Assembly: GCA_905215135.1 (NCBI GenBank)
Contig: CAJMOX010000009.1
Location: forward strand, 16,768 to 80,767
DNA: 64,000 nt
Reading direction: 5' to 3'
Source: an uncultured bacterium
Lineage (GTDB): Bacteria > Actinomycetota > Coriobacteriia > Coriobacteriales > Coriobacteriaceae
The notes beneath the pieces were generated by a model. It searched no databases. It was not told where the DNA came from and saw only the letters and a program-made list of their open reading frames with translations. Within the stretch, counting starts at the first letter, position 1, and each line of letters opens with the position of its first letter. The position numbers and the translations under genes are program-made. Shown here piece after piece: positions 8,155 to 18,202 of this stretch.

Positions 8155-10713
8155 CTATTTGCCCTTGGGCTTGCTGGCGTAGAACTTCTTCTTTTTGGGC
8201 TTGCCGGCAGGAGAGGGTTTGCCGGCAAAGTTCGACTTGCCGTTGCCGGCCTGCGCGTGCGCGGGTACTGCCGCACGGGGCTTGCGGGCCTCGGGGTTGC
8301 GCAGCTCCTCGACGCGCTCGGCAATCTCCTCGGCGCTAAAGCCGACCTCGGCCATGGCGTCCTCGATGGGCAGGCGACGCACGATATAGCAATGGTGCAC
8401 TTTCTGGTTGCGCGCGAAGTCCTCGGGGATGGTCTGTGCCGTAATGTCCTGTAGCACGACGCCCGCTCGTGCGAGCTTGCGCGTCTCGGGGCGGAAGCCG
8501 CGCAGGTTGCAGCTAAAGATGGCGTGCCCGCCCTGTGCGAGCAGGCGCGACACGCCGGCCAAAAGCTCAACATGGTCGCGCTGGACATCCCAGGTACGGC
8601 GGCCCATCTTGGACGAGTTCGAGAACGTGGGCGGGTCGACAAAGATCAGGTCCCAGCGGTTGCGCGTCTGGCGCTGGTCACGAATCCAGGCGAGCACGTC
8701 ATCGCGCACAAAATGATGCTGAGGCCCCACAAAGCCGTTCTGGCGCATGTTGCGCTCGGCCCAGTCCAGATAGGTGTTCGAGAGGTCGACCGTCACGGTT
8801 TCCTCGACGCCGCCATCGGCCGCATAGCAGGTGGCGGTGCCGGTATAGGCGAACAGGTTGAGGAAGCGGCGCGCCTGCTTGGCGTGCTCACGCACCAGGT
8901 TGCGCGTTACGCGGTGATCCAGGAAGATACCCACATCCAGATAGTCGTCAAAGTTGACGGCAAAGGTGAGGCCGCCCTCTTCGATGAGCGGCAGACGGCG
9001 ACGTGCGATGTTAGCGCGCTCGCTCGAGCCGCCCTTGCCGGCGCCCTGTTTGCCGTACTGCGAGCCGCCGCGCGAACGCATGCGGGCCTTGGCGTGCACA
9101 TGCTCGGCCGGAACATCCAGGATGCGCGGCGCGATGGCCAGAATGTCGAGCATACGGGCCTGGGCCAGTGCGGGGTCGATGGTCTTAGGCGCGGCGTACT
9201 CGGCGATGACGAGCCAGCGGCCCGGCGTCTGCGGGCAGCCCTCGTACAGGTCGATGGCGGCGGAGTAGTCGGGCAGGTCGGCATCGTAGACGCGGTAGCA
9301 GCTCACGCCCTCGCGCTTTGCCCACTTGCGACGCAGACGGGCGTTCTTGCGCAGGCGGTTGGCGAACTGCTCGGACTCCGGGATGAGCACGGGCAGCGGC
9401 TTTCCGTCGCCCAGGTCGAGCGTGGCGGCAGGTTCGGGCATGGGGGCGTCGGCGGCTTCGTCTTGAGCGTCTGCGGTCTGCTCCTCGGCATCTGCGCTGG
9501 TCGCAGCTTCGAATGCCGCGGCGGCGTGGTCGAGCGAGGGCCAAACCTCAATAGTTGCCTCTTCGTTATTGGGCATGACGGCGATGGAGCGCGCGGGCTC
9601 GGCATGGAGCGCGCGGGCCATAAGGCCATCGCGGGTGAGCGCGGCGACCGGTGACGAAGCGAGTTCGGGCGCGCGGCGCAGCTCGCCTACCAACGTCATG
9701 GCGTCGTGCATGAGCGAAAGCGGGGTCTCGGTGATGTCTGCGACCACGGCGGCGCCGGCGACAGCGTCCGCATGGTCCAGCACGGTGGCGGGCTTGGCGG
9801 CGCAAAAGTCGACAAAACGCTTGTAACCGGCACACTTGACCATGCGCTCGGCGGTCTTGCGGGCGGCGGGGTCAACATCCGCGGCAACGATGCGCGCCTG
9901 GCGCTCGCGTGCTGCCGCCTCGCGCTCGCGTGCCTCGGCGAGTAGCTGCTCCCACAGAGCGGCGTCGTGCAGCCGCCAGCCCTCAAAGCCCCAGCGCTCG
10001 CGTACGGCGCCCGGGGCGCGGTCGGTCAGAATGTTCACGGCCTCCAGCAGCAGGCCGCCGCCGGCGCACGAGGCGTCGACCAGCGTGGGCAGGGCTTCGT
10101 TCTCATAATCGTCGGCCGTCAGCTCGCGCTCGCACAGTGCGGTCCAGCCGACCTGCGCCAGCACCAGGGCGGCGTAGTCGGGGCGCAACACGTGCGCGCC
10201 CTCGCCGGCGCGGGTCGCTGCGGGCGGCAGGCGTTTGAACAGCGGGTCGCCCGAAAGGTCTAGGCTTATACTCGCGCGGCGCTGGCGCAGCGAAAGCAGT
10301 AGGTGAACATCGGGGTAGGCGGCATCGACATCGGCGCGACGTCCCGTGGTTTCGGCCAGGCGGTCGCACAGCGCGTCTTTGGCGCGCAGGGCCGAGAAGC
10401 GCGTGTTGCGCAGCTGCTCGGTCATGCCGCGGGCGGTGATGGCGATGGTGGCGCCGGGGCGGATGATGGTCTCCCAGGCGATGTCGTAAACGCTGTCGTA
10501 CAGTTCATCGGCATCCTGCGCCTCAAAGCGTCCGAGCACCACGAACACGCGGCTCGCCAGGCGCGACCACAGACATGCTCGGTAGCCTTGCTCGAGCTCG
10601 CCCTCAAATGTAGCGCGGCCCTTCAGCCGGCGAACATGCGAAAGCCCGAGGCGTTTAAGCTCATCGGCGAGTGCGGACTCAAAGCCCTCGGGGCAGCTTG
10701 CGTAAAATTCCAT
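8155..10713 (-). CDS. rlmL: Bifunctional 23S rRNA methyltransferase RlmKL
   Basis: YRACLWSRLASRV and THUMP-like N-terminus; C-terminal FANRLRKN, YRVYDADLPDY, GIFLDHR, FLNLFAYTG, IFVDPPTFSNS. Confidence 0.92.
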   Translation of the reverse strand: MEFYASCPEGFESALADELKRLGLSHVRRLKGRATFEGELEQGYRACLWSRLASRVFVVLGRFEAQDADELYDSVYDIAWETIIRPGATIAITARGMTEQLRNTRFSALRAKDALCDRLAETTGRRADVDAAYPDVHLLLSLRQRRASISLDLSGDPLFKRLPPAATRAGEGAHVLRPDYAALVLAQVGWTALCERELTADDYENEALPTLVDASCAGGGLLLEAVNILTDRAPGAVRERWGFEGWRLHDAALWEQLLAEAREREAAARERQARIVAADVDPAARKTAERMVKCAGYKRFVDFCAAKPATVLDHADAVAGAAVVADITETPLSLMHDAMTLVGELRRAPELASSPVAALTRDGLMARALHAEPARSIAVMPNNEEATIEVWPSLDHAAAAFEAATSADAEEQTADAQDEAADAPMPEPAATLDLGDGKPLPVLIPESEQFANRLRKNARLRRKWAKREGVSCYRVYDADLPDYSAAIDLYEGCPQTPGRWLVIAEYAAPKTIDPALAQARMLDILAIAPRILDVPAEHVHAKARMRSRGGSQYGKQGAGKGGSSERANIARRRLPLIEEGGLTFAVNFDDYLDVGIFLDHRVTRNLVREHAKQARRFLNLFAYTGTATCYAADGGVEETVTVDLSNTYLDWAERNMRQNGFVGPQHHFVRDDVLAWIRDQRQTRNRWDLIFVDPPTFSNSSKMGRRTWDVQRDHVELLAGVSRLLAQGGHAIFSCNLRGFRPETRKLARAGVVLQDITAQTIPEDFARNQKVHHCYIVRRLPIEDAMAEVGFSAEEIAERVEELRNPEARKPRAAVPAHAQAGNGKSNFAGKPSPAGKPKKKKFYASKPKGK

Positions 10714-10788
10714 GGGTGACCTCTCTGGTTGCGTCGCTCCATTATATGATGGATGCTTCGTTTGCCCTTGTCCTCGAAAGGAACCCAT

Positions 10789-10806
10789 ATGATTGATGCG
10801 TGCCCC
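10789..10806 (+). pseudogene. Orphan gene start (RBS + MIDACP), probably the 5' stump of the interrupted Cof-HAD gene
   Basis: gaaaggaacccatATG at 10789, running directly into the putative IS30 left end; divergent from rlmKL. Confidence 0.4.
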
Positions 10807-11082
10807 TTGATTCTCATTTTCATTGCAACGGCCTCAGGACTCAGCGCAACGCGTTGCGCTGAGTCCTGAGGCGCGAATCCGGGTAGGCAACCCCAGAGGG
10901 GCCGGAATCCCCCGGCCCTCGATGGAGGGAGGCCGGCATGTCCAGACCGAGACCGTCCGGAAGGTCGTACGGGTGGCTCACGAGGCACGAGAGGAACACG
11001 GTCGAGAGGATGCTCGACCGCAACCGAAGCGCCCGCGAGATCGCCGTGGGGCTCGGCAGGTCGCTCTCGACCGTGACCAGGG
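10807..11082 (+). mobile_element. IS30-family remnant (left end and N-terminal HTH of transposase only)
   Basis: ORF from 10938 with GGAGG RBS: YGWLTRHERNTVERMLDRNRSAREIAVGLGRSLSTVTR resembles the IS30 N-terminal HTH, then similarity stops (no DDE domain); gattctcattttcattgcaac resembles IS30 terminal repeats. Confidence 0.75.
10831..10872. repeat. Perfect 42-bp palindrome
   Basis: gcctcaggactcagcgcaacg|cgttgcgctgagtcctgaggc, no spacer, no mismatch. Confidence 0.95.
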
Positions 11083-11329
11083 GCGCGTGGGGGGCGACAC
11101 GCCGCCACGCGGACGCCCGAACGCCAAGGCTCGGGGCCGCAAGCGAGAGCTGGTTCTGGCACGCGAACGACATGGCGGTGGCGGGTGACATGAACCCCGG
11201 GTCCGCGTCCTGTGGGTCGCGCTCATCGTGGGCGTCGGCATCGCGACGATGGCCACGCTCTGGATCGTCACGACGTAGCGCGCCACGAGTGGATGGCGAG
11301 GGCACGGCGTATGCCACGCTGGCGGAACC

Positions 11330-12157
11330 CTAGTCCCGCCGCTGGACAATCTGCTCGATGAGCTTCGCGACGGAGTCCTCGGCCGCGTCTCCGATCAGGT
11401 GATGGGCCGCGGCCTTCGCCTCCGGCGTCGCGCCCGCGACTGCGTAGGAGTTCGGCACCTTTTCGAGGAGCGTCACGTCGTTTTCCGAGTCTCCGATAAA
11501 AGCGACCTCGTCAAGCGTGACCCCAAGGCTGTCGAGAAGCGCGTCGAGTCCGTTCGCCTTGCTCCAGCCAGCCGGAACAACATCGAGGAAGAATGGGGCG
11601 GGCGCGGGGAAATCAAGCTCCGGACAGGCTTTCTTGCATCGACTCCGAACGACTTCCCTCGGGGTGGAGCTGACGTTGACAAAGACGCCGGCGGTGATGA
11701 CGTCACGGTTCGTGGGCACGTCTCCGAGCGCCATGTCTCTTCCGGAGTCCTTAACGACTTCCAGGGCGAATTCGTCGCCAGGCTCGACGGCGCAGAGAAA
11801 CTGCTCGCAGCGCTTGCCCGTCTCATCGGCATCGGCGACTAGCCAGAGTGACGTCCCCGCGTAGGGGCGTACGGCGCTATCGAGCTTGACGAGGGCCTCC
11901 GTCGAGAGCGTCTTTTTAAACACGAGTTCGCCGCTGGAGAAGACCTTCTTTCCGTTGGACATGATGCCGGTCGAGAAACAGCGCGCGTCGCCGTCAAAGG
12001 CATCGGCCAGGTCGGCGTAGTCGCGACCGCTCGCGGGGCCGACTGCGATGCCCGCATCGAGTGCCGAAAGAATTGCGCTGTGTGTGCGCTCCGATACGAC
12101 CCTTGAGCCAAACGGCAGCAGGGTCCCATCCATGTCTGCGAGGATGAGCTTTATCAA
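11330..12157 (-). CDS. Cof-type HAD-IIB family phosphatase
   Basis: IKLILADMDGTLL, ASGR, SKANG, FIGDSENDV; GGGAGG RBS before TTG 12157. Confidence 0.9.
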   Translation of the reverse strand: MIKLILADMDGTLLPFGSRVVSERTHSAILSALDAGIAVGPASGRDYADLADAFDGDARCFSTGIMSNGKKVFSSGELVFKKTLSTEALVKLDSAVRPYAGTSLWLVADADETGKRCEQFLCAVEPGDEFALEVVKDSGRDMALGDVPTNRDVITAGVFVNVSSTPREVVRSRCKKACPELDFPAPAPFFLDVVPAGWSKANGLDALLDSLGVTLDEVAFIGDSENDVTLLEKVPNSYAVAGATPEAKAAAHHLIGDAAEDSVAKLIEQIVQRRD

Positions 12158-12206
12158 GGGGTCCTCCCGTCTCGGTCTGGGCATCGGTGCGCCCGCGTGC
12201 GTCGTC

Positions 12207-13070
12207 CTAGCTGTATTGCCTGTCTCCTAAGAGATTCTTTGAGATGATCCTGTTAAACTCTACCGGGTCATCCCAGCAAGAGGTCAGGAAGAGGAACAGC
12301 AGCTCGATGACGAAGTTGATCGAGCTGTGCGAGAAGGCGACCTCGGTTCCGATGATGGCCCGATCTCGCGAGATGGCTCGGATGATATGCGTGGCACGCT
12401 TCGCGAGCGGCGTATCCGGGTTGTCTGTGATCATGATGATGGGGGTGTTCGAATCCTCGGCAGAGTCGAATATGTTGACGAGGCGCTTCGAGTATCCGGA
12501 CGTCGAAATGACGAGTAGGACGTCATTCTCCTTGAGGCTGGTTGCGGCGGAGGCCATGGCTTCGGTGGTGCTGGGGCAAAACGCCCTGACCCCAACTTGC
12601 GAGAGCTTGAACGCCGCGTTTACGCCCATGCTAATCGAGTTGCCGACGCCCGCGATCAGGACGAGGTTGGCGTTGTGGAGCAGATTGACGACTGCCGAAA
12701 AGTCATCGGGGTCAATGAGCGAGGTGGTTTGGGAGAGCTCCTTGACCTTGTGAGACAGGACGTACTTAATGGAGCCCTCGACGTCATCCAGAGTAACCTT
12801 GCCGCCCGTGGCCTTTTCCTCGCCGGATGCCCTGCTGATGGATATGCCGAGCGCCAGACGCATGTCCGAATAGGTTCGGTAGTCAAGCGTCCTTGCGAAT
12901 CTCGAAACAGACGCCGGTGACGTACCGGTTTCTGCGGCGAGTTCGCGGACGGTCATCGTTGCGACGTCCGACGGGTGGTCGAGCACATACGTTGCGATTG
13001 CCTTCTCCGAGGGGGATAGGCTGATCATGACCGCGCAGATGTGGCTGAGCACATCCCCTGTCTTATCCAT
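12207..13070 (-). CDS. MurR/RpiR family transcriptional regulator (HTH + SIS)
   Basis: LSPSEKAIATYVL, SPASVSRFARTLDY, GVGNS, VISTSG; AGGAG RBS. Confidence 0.92.
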   Translation of the reverse strand: MDKTGDVLSHICAVMISLSPSEKAIATYVLDHPSDVATMTVRELAAETGTSPASVSRFARTLDYRTYSDMRLALGISISRASGEEKATGGKVTLDDVEGSIKYVLSHKVKELSQTTSLIDPDDFSAVVNLLHNANLVLIAGVGNSISMGVNAAFKLSQVGVRAFCPSTTEAMASAATSLKENDVLLVISTSGYSKRLVNIFDSAEDSNTPIIMITDNPDTPLAKRATHIIRAISRDRAIIGTEVAFSHSSINFVIELLFLFLTSCWDDPVEFNRIISKNLLGDRQYS

Positions 13071-13130
13071 GGTTACTCCTTGGCCTTGGTTTGCTTTGTA
13101 TCTTAGGTCAAGAGAGATGAAAATTAGGCA

Positions 13131-13306
13131 AAATGTTTCATGAGTGGCGAAATGTCGTTTCACCGCTCATTTCCTACCGTTCACGGTAAATCGGTGCTTC
13201 TCCGGCGCAATCTCAGCTTGAGCTGCTATCTTATGAGCCGTGAAACAACGGCACGAAAACGATGAAACAACAGAACATCGTTCCAACGCCTCGAAACTCC
13301 GTTTCA
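13131..13306. promoter_or_regulatory. Candidate RpiR operators (GAAA-N5-TTTC dyads) in the divergent promoter region
   Basis: gaaatgtcgtttc (13149-13161), gaaactccgtttc (13293-13305), extra tgaaac/gtttca half-sites at about 13135, 13241, 13263. Confidence 0.55.
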
Positions 13307-13370
13307 CGCTAGATGGCGAATCACTTTGAAGCCCAGACGGGCGCCCGGCGAGCAAGAAGGAGGAAACGCG

Positions 13371-14573
13371 ATGCACAACGCCAAGGCAAGCGCAAGCATG
13401 ACTTCGCTGTTCTTAGCGAACGTCCTCTACTGGGTCTGCGCGGGCGTGTACTCGCCGTTCCTCTCCGCTCACTACGCGAGCCTCGGCCTCAGCGCGGCCG
13501 AGACCGGCATCCTCCTCGCGGCGACCCCGGTGTGCGCGCTCGCCATCCAGCCGCTCTGGTCGACGATCGCCGACAAGCTCGGGCGCCGCCGAGCGGTCAT
13601 CGTGGCCCTCTGCCTTGCGGCGGCGGCACTCGCTCCGCTGTATTACCTGGCGTCGACGTTCGCCCCGGTCCTTCTCGTGACCTTTGCGTTCTCGGCGTTC
13701 TTCTCGGGGCTCCTGCCCCTGAGCGACTCCCTCGTCATCGAGCTCGCGGATCGCTCTGGCCTGGACTTTTCTCGCATACGCATGGGTGGCACCATCGGCT
13801 ACGCCATCGTTGTCCTGATCGTCGGTAGGTTGCTTGACGTGGCTCCTCAAATCCAGTTCGTGGTGGTCTCCGCTGCGCTGGTGGCCTTCGCGGCTCACAT
13901 GTGGCGCCTCCCCGAGGCGGGAGTTCGCGCCAATGCCGCGGACGATCCCAAGGTCTCCCACGGAAAGGGCCTCCTCTCGCTGTTCACCAGCAACGAGATC
14001 GCCTTCGTCTTGGTCTTCGCCTTCATCAGCTCGGCTGCGATTGGCTTCATCGGGGCGTTCTTGGGCCGCTACGCGGTCGAGCTTGGCGAGGGCCAGAACC
14101 TCGTGGGCGTCCTGAGCGCGGTCTCCGCTGCGAGCGAGATCCCCATCCTGCTCGTTTCCTCCAAGCTGGTCAGGCGCTTCGGCGAGATGAACCTCCTGAT
14201 CTTTTCCTGCTTCATGGCGGCGCTTAGGCTCGTGCTCGTGGGCACCGGCATTGTCCCGGTCATGATCTGCGGCCAGCTGCTGCAGAGCGTGAGTTACATG
14301 ACCGTTTACTACTCCTGCGTTACCTACATTGCCAACCACACCTACGAGGATTGTCGCGCTCGAGGTCAGAGCGCCTTCGCGATGGTCCAGAGCGGTCTGT
14401 CCGTCGTGGTTGCGAACCTGTTTGGCGGTTGGGCGTGCGACGCGCTCGGCACGCACGCGGGTTTTCTAGCCTTCGCCCTCGCTTCAACGATTGCTGCGGT
14501 CGTTGCTCTTGTGGCGTACGTACTGTGGCGTCGAAGCGCGGCGCCACAGCCTGAGGGCCAGTCGGCCGCATAG
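13371..14573 (+). CDS. MFS transporter (MFS_1-like, LacY/NHS-related)
   Basis: About 12 hydrophobic segments; PLWSTIADKLGRRR, FSRIRMGGTIGY, SEIP motifs; AAGGAGG RBS. Confidence 0.88.
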   Translation: MHNAKASASMTSLFLANVLYWVCAGVYSPFLSAHYASLGLSAAETGILLAATPVCALAIQPLWSTIADKLGRRRAVIVALCLAAAALAPLYYLASTFAPVLLVTFAFSAFFSGLLPLSDSLVIELADRSGLDFSRIRMGGTIGYAIVVLIVGRLLDVAPQIQFVVVSAALVAFAAHMWRLPEAGVRANAADDPKVSHGKGLLSLFTSNEIAFVLVFAFISSAAIGFIGAFLGRYAVELGEGQNLVGVLSAVSAASEIPILLVSSKLVRRFGEMNLLIFSCFMAALRLVLVGTGIVPVMICGQLLQSVSYMTVYYSCVTYIANHTYEDCRARGQSAFAMVQSGLSVVVANLFGGWACDALGTHAGFLAFALASTIAAVVALVAYVLWRRSAAPQPEGQSAA

Positions 14574-14683
14574 GCTCCACCGCGCTTTGCAAGCGCCTGC
14601 CTCGCACTTCTCTTCGTGTTCAGCCAGCTGACGAGCTGAGAACTGTCCAATCCAATGGTTATCAAAGTGAAAGGAAGACAAAG

Positions 14684-15538
14684 ATGTCTCTCATCAAGGT
14701 CAACGAGCTTCTTCAACATGCGACCGAGCACCACTATGGCGTGCCCGCGATCAACGTCATCAACACGGAGACCATCCGTTATGCGATCCAGGCCGCCGAG
14801 GATGAGCACATGCCTATCATCATCCAGTACTGGCCCGGCTTCGAGGACCACTGTGCCCTCGACATCATCGCCTTCGCCGCCCGCTATTACGCCGAGCGCG
14901 CGAGCGTGCCCGTCGCCGTCCACCAGGATCACTCCGCTGGTTACGAGATCGCCGTCAAGGGCGTCAAGGCCGGTTTCCCCTCCGTCATGGTCGACGGCTC
15001 CTCGCTTCCCTATGAGGAGAACTTCCAGCTCACGAAGGACGTCGTCCAGGTCGCCAAGATTTTCGACGTTGACATCGAGGCCGAGCTCGGCCACGTCGGC
15101 AACGGCTCCGACGCCAACGACTTCGTGAACAGCGACCACTATACCGACCCGAACCTCGCCGAGGAGTTCGTCGAGGGCACCGGCTGTGGTTCGCTCGCCA
15201 TCGCCGTCGGCAACGCCCACGGCCCCTACGTCAAGGTCCCGAACCTCGACATGGAGCGCATCAAGGCCTGCAGGGAGGCCGTCAGCGTCCCCCTCGTCAT
15301 GCACGGATGTTCCGACATCCCCGACGAGCAGCTCCAGGAGGCCGTGAACCTCGGCATGAGCAAGTTCAACATCGCCACGGAGTACTTCCGCTCCATGTAC
15401 CGCGCTTTCGAGAAGGACATCAACTCCGGCAAGAACGACGACAACGGCGTTGGCCTCCTGATGGACGCCGCCCCCGACATGCGCGCGTTCGTCGCCAGCA
15501 AGATTCAGCTTCTGAACCCCAACCACTATTCGCTCTAG
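14684..15538 (+). CDS. Class II (metal-dependent) ketose-phosphate aldolase
   Basis: YGVPAIN, VHQDH, SVMVDGS, EAELGHV, GNAHG, LVMHG, KFNIATE. Confidence 0.9.
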   Translation: MSLIKVNELLQHATEHHYGVPAINVINTETIRYAIQAAEDEHMPIIIQYWPGFEDHCALDIIAFAARYYAERASVPVAVHQDHSAGYEIAVKGVKAGFPSVMVDGSSLPYEENFQLTKDVVQVAKIFDVDIEAELGHVGNGSDANDFVNSDHYTDPNLAEEFVEGTGCGSLAIAVGNAHGPYVKVPNLDMERIKACREAVSVPLVMHGCSDIPDEQLQEAVNLGMSKFNIATEYFRSMYRAFEKDINSGKNDDNGVGLLMDAAPDMRAFVASKIQLLNPNHYSL

Positions 15539-15548
15539 GAGAGACTCG

Positions 15549-15977
15549 ATGAAGAAAGTTCTTGTCGCGTCGCACGGCCACCTCGCAAGCGGAATCAGGA
15601 GCTCGATCGAGATCCTGACCGGCATGGCGGACATGGTGGAAGCAGTTGACTGCTACGTGGACGACTCCGATTTCACCCCTCGCATCCAGGCTTTTATTGA
15701 CTCGGTGGGCCCTGAGGACGAGGCCATCATCTTCACCGACATCTACGGTGGCTCCGTCTTCCAGAAGGTCGTCCTCATGGAGCCGGAGAAGCGCGGGATC
15801 GTCCATGTCACCGGCATGAACCTCGGCCTCGTGATCGAGGCGCTCCTCGGCGCCGAGCCGGTCACAGCAGATTCGATCAAGCAGAGCGTCGAGCTGGCGA
15901 GGGCGACGATGCAGGTCGTCGAGCCTCCGAGCAAGGCCGCGGACAACGAGGGGTCCGACGGAGACTTCTTCGATTAG
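15549..15977 (+). CDS. PTS mannose/fructose/sorbose family EIIA
   Basis: VLVASHG, FTDIYGGSV, GMNL motifs. Confidence 0.92.
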   Translation: MKKVLVASHGHLASGIRSSIEILTGMADMVEAVDCYVDDSDFTPRIQAFIDSVGPEDEAIIFTDIYGGSVFQKVVLMEPEKRGIVHVTGMNLGLVIEALLGAEPVTADSIKQSVELARATMQVVEPPSKAADNEGSDGDFFD

Positions 15978-16006
15978 AGAGCACTAACAAGTAGGGAGAG
16001 GAAACA

Positions 16007-16510
16007 ATGATTGTTCAGGTTCGAGTCGATGACCGTCTGATTCATGGACAGGTCGCATTGGTGTGGACCAAGGAGCTCAACACCACCAGGATCATCGTCG
16101 CTAACAAGCACGCTGTGGAGAGCGATGCCCTTCGCATGACGCTTTCCATGGGTACGCCGGCGGGCCAGAAGCTCCTCGTCAAGGACGTTCCGGATGCCTG
16201 CCGCATCGCGAACGATTCGCGTGCGGACTCCATGCGCATCTTCGCGCTCACCAACTGCGTGCGAGACGTGCTTGAGCTCGTTAAGGGCGCGCCTGGCAAG
16301 ATTGAGGGCGTGAACGTTGCCAACGTCGGCCGCTTCGACAAATCCGATCCGGATAGCAAGGTCGCCCTCAACTCCACGATCATGCTCAACCCGGATGAGC
16401 TCGAGGCCGCGAAGGAGCTTTGCGAGCAGGGTATTCCGGTTTTCCATCAGCTTATCCCGTCCAATCCCAAGACTCCTCTCAAGAGTCTGATTGAGGCGGC
16501 GGGGAAATAA
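16007..16510 (+). CDS. PTS mannose family EIIB
   Basis: RVDDRLIHGQV signature. Confidence 0.95.
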   Translation: MIVQVRVDDRLIHGQVALVWTKELNTTRIIVANKHAVESDALRMTLSMGTPAGQKLLVKDVPDACRIANDSRADSMRIFALTNCVRDVLELVKGAPGKIEGVNVANVGRFDKSDPDSKVALNSTIMLNPDELEAAKELCEQGIPVFHQLIPSNPKTPLKSLIEAAGK

Positions 16511-16556
16511 GGGGATTTGGCCAGGCGGCCAAATGAAATGAGAGAAAGGAAGTCAA

Positions 16557-17369
16557 ATGATTGGGTTAGCAGTAATGGCCTGGTTGACCGTGCTGATTTG
16601 CTACGGCGGCAACTGGGTTCTCGGTCAGTGTATGATCGAGCGTCCTCTCGTGGTCGGCCTCGTTGCGGGCCTTCTGATGGGCGACGTCAAGACCGGTGTC
16701 ATCATCGGTGCCTCTCTCGAGGCGATCTTCATGGGCGCGGTTAACATCGGTGGCGCCATCTCCGCCGAGCCCGTTACCGCGACCGCCCTCGCCGTCGCCT
16801 TCACCGTTGGCGCCGGCATCGACCAAGGTGCCGCCATCACGCTGGCCGTTCCCGTTGGCGTCGTCACCGCGTTCCTCTCGATCTTCATGAACAACGTGTT
16901 CCTCGCGTTCTTCGCCGCCACCTTTGACAAGATGGCCGCCGAGGGCAACGAGAAGGGCCTCGCGCTTCAGCACTTCGTTCTCTGGTTCGTTAAGTACGCC
17001 GCCTTTGGCCTCATCGCCTTCCTCGGCGTTTACCTTGGCGCTGAGCCCGTTGCCGCCATCGTCAACCAGATTCCGGCCAATGTCATGAGCGGCCTCAACG
17101 CCGTGGGTGCCCTCCTGCCCGCCGTTGGTATGGCGCTCCTGCTCCAGATGCTGTGGAGCACCGAGCTCAGCATCTACTTCTTCCTGGGCTTCACGCTCTA
17201 CCAGTACCTTGGCCTCCCGATGATCGCCATCGCGGTTCTCGGCGTCATCATCGCGGTTGCCTCCGCCCTCCGCGACAAGGAGATTTTCGATCTCACCAAG
17301 AAGGGCTTGGCCACCCAGGCCGTTTCCAGCGACTCTGTAACCAGCGACGAGGAGGATTTCTTCGCATGA
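16557..17369 (+). CDS. PTS mannose family EIIC
   Basis: RPLVVG, GASLEAIFMG..IGGA, LPAVGMALLL. Confidence 0.93.
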   Translation: MIGLAVMAWLTVLICYGGNWVLGQCMIERPLVVGLVAGLLMGDVKTGVIIGASLEAIFMGAVNIGGAISAEPVTATALAVAFTVGAGIDQGAAITLAVPVGVVTAFLSIFMNNVFLAFFAATFDKMAAEGNEKGLALQHFVLWFVKYAAFGLIAFLGVYLGAEPVAAIVNQIPANVMSGLNAVGALLPAVGMALLLQMLWSTELSIYFFLGFTLYQYLGLPMIAIAVLGVIIAVASALRDKEIFDLTKKGLATQAVSSDSVTSDEEDFFA

Positions 17370-18202
17370 GCAACCTGACCAAGAATGTGAGCCCTGAAGA
17401 CAAGAAGATGCTCAACAGCATTTTCCTGCGCTCTTTCTCCGTGTTCGCCTCCTGCGCCGGCGGTTCCGTCAAGGCTGGCGCCGACGGCTGGCTGTACTCC
17501 GTCCAGCCCGCGCTTAACCGCTACTACGCCGATGACCCCGAGGCCCGTGCCGAAGCCATGAAGCGTCACACGACTTGGTACAACATTACCCAGAACGTCG
17601 GCACGTTCGCCATGGGCCTCGTTGCCTCCATGGAGAGGGAGAACTCGCAGCACGAAGACTTCGACACCGAGTCTATCGACGGCATCAAGGTTTCCCTGAT
17701 GGGCCCGATGTCCGGCATCGGTGACGCAATCTTCTGGGGCGTCCTGCGTGTCATCGCCGCCGGCATTGGCATCAACCTCGCCATGAGCGGCTCGCCCCTC
17801 GGCGCGATCATGTTCCTGCTGATCTACAACATCCCGTCGATCCTCTGCCGATACTTCATGACCTACCTCGGCTTCAGCATGGGCACCAACTTCATCTCCG
17901 AGATGTACGAGGGTGGTCTCATGAAGCTCATCACCAAGGCGACCTCCACGGTTGGCCTCGTGATGATCGGCGCCATGACTGCGGCGAACGTCCAATTCAA
18001 CACGATCCTGTCCATTCCGGTTCAGGACTCTGACCCCGTCATGATCCAGACCTACCTCGACTCGATCTTCAAGGGCATCGTGCCCCTGGGACTTACGCTC
18101 GTCGTCCTCTGGCTCCTGCGCAAGAAGAACGTGAACGTCAACATTATCTTGGTTGGCATCATGATTCTGGCGCTCGTCCTCGGCCTCGTGGGCATCGTAT
18201 AG
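17366..18202 (+). CDS. PTS mannose family EIID
   Basis: KRHTTWYN, IKVSLMGPMSGIGDAIFW; ATG overlaps the EIIC stop (ATGA). Confidence 0.93.
   Translation: MSNLTKNVSPEDKKMLNSIFLRSFSVFASCAGGSVKAGADGWLYSVQPALNRYYADDPEARAEAMKRHTTWYNITQNVGTFAMGLVASMERENSQHEDFDTESIDGIKVSLMGPMSGIGDAIFWGVLRVIAAGIGINLAMSGSPLGAIMFLLIYNIPSILCRYFMTYLGFSMGTNFISEMYEGGLMKLITKATSTVGLVMIGAMTAANVQFNTILSIPVQDSDPVMIQTYLDSIFKGIVPLGLTLVVLWLLRKKNVNVNIILVGIMILALVLGLVGIV

Noticed and set aside
10938..11333. Intact transposase or novel 131-aa protein
   Set aside because: Only the first ~48 codons resemble an IS30 HTH; the rest is read-through into unrelated degenerate sequence.
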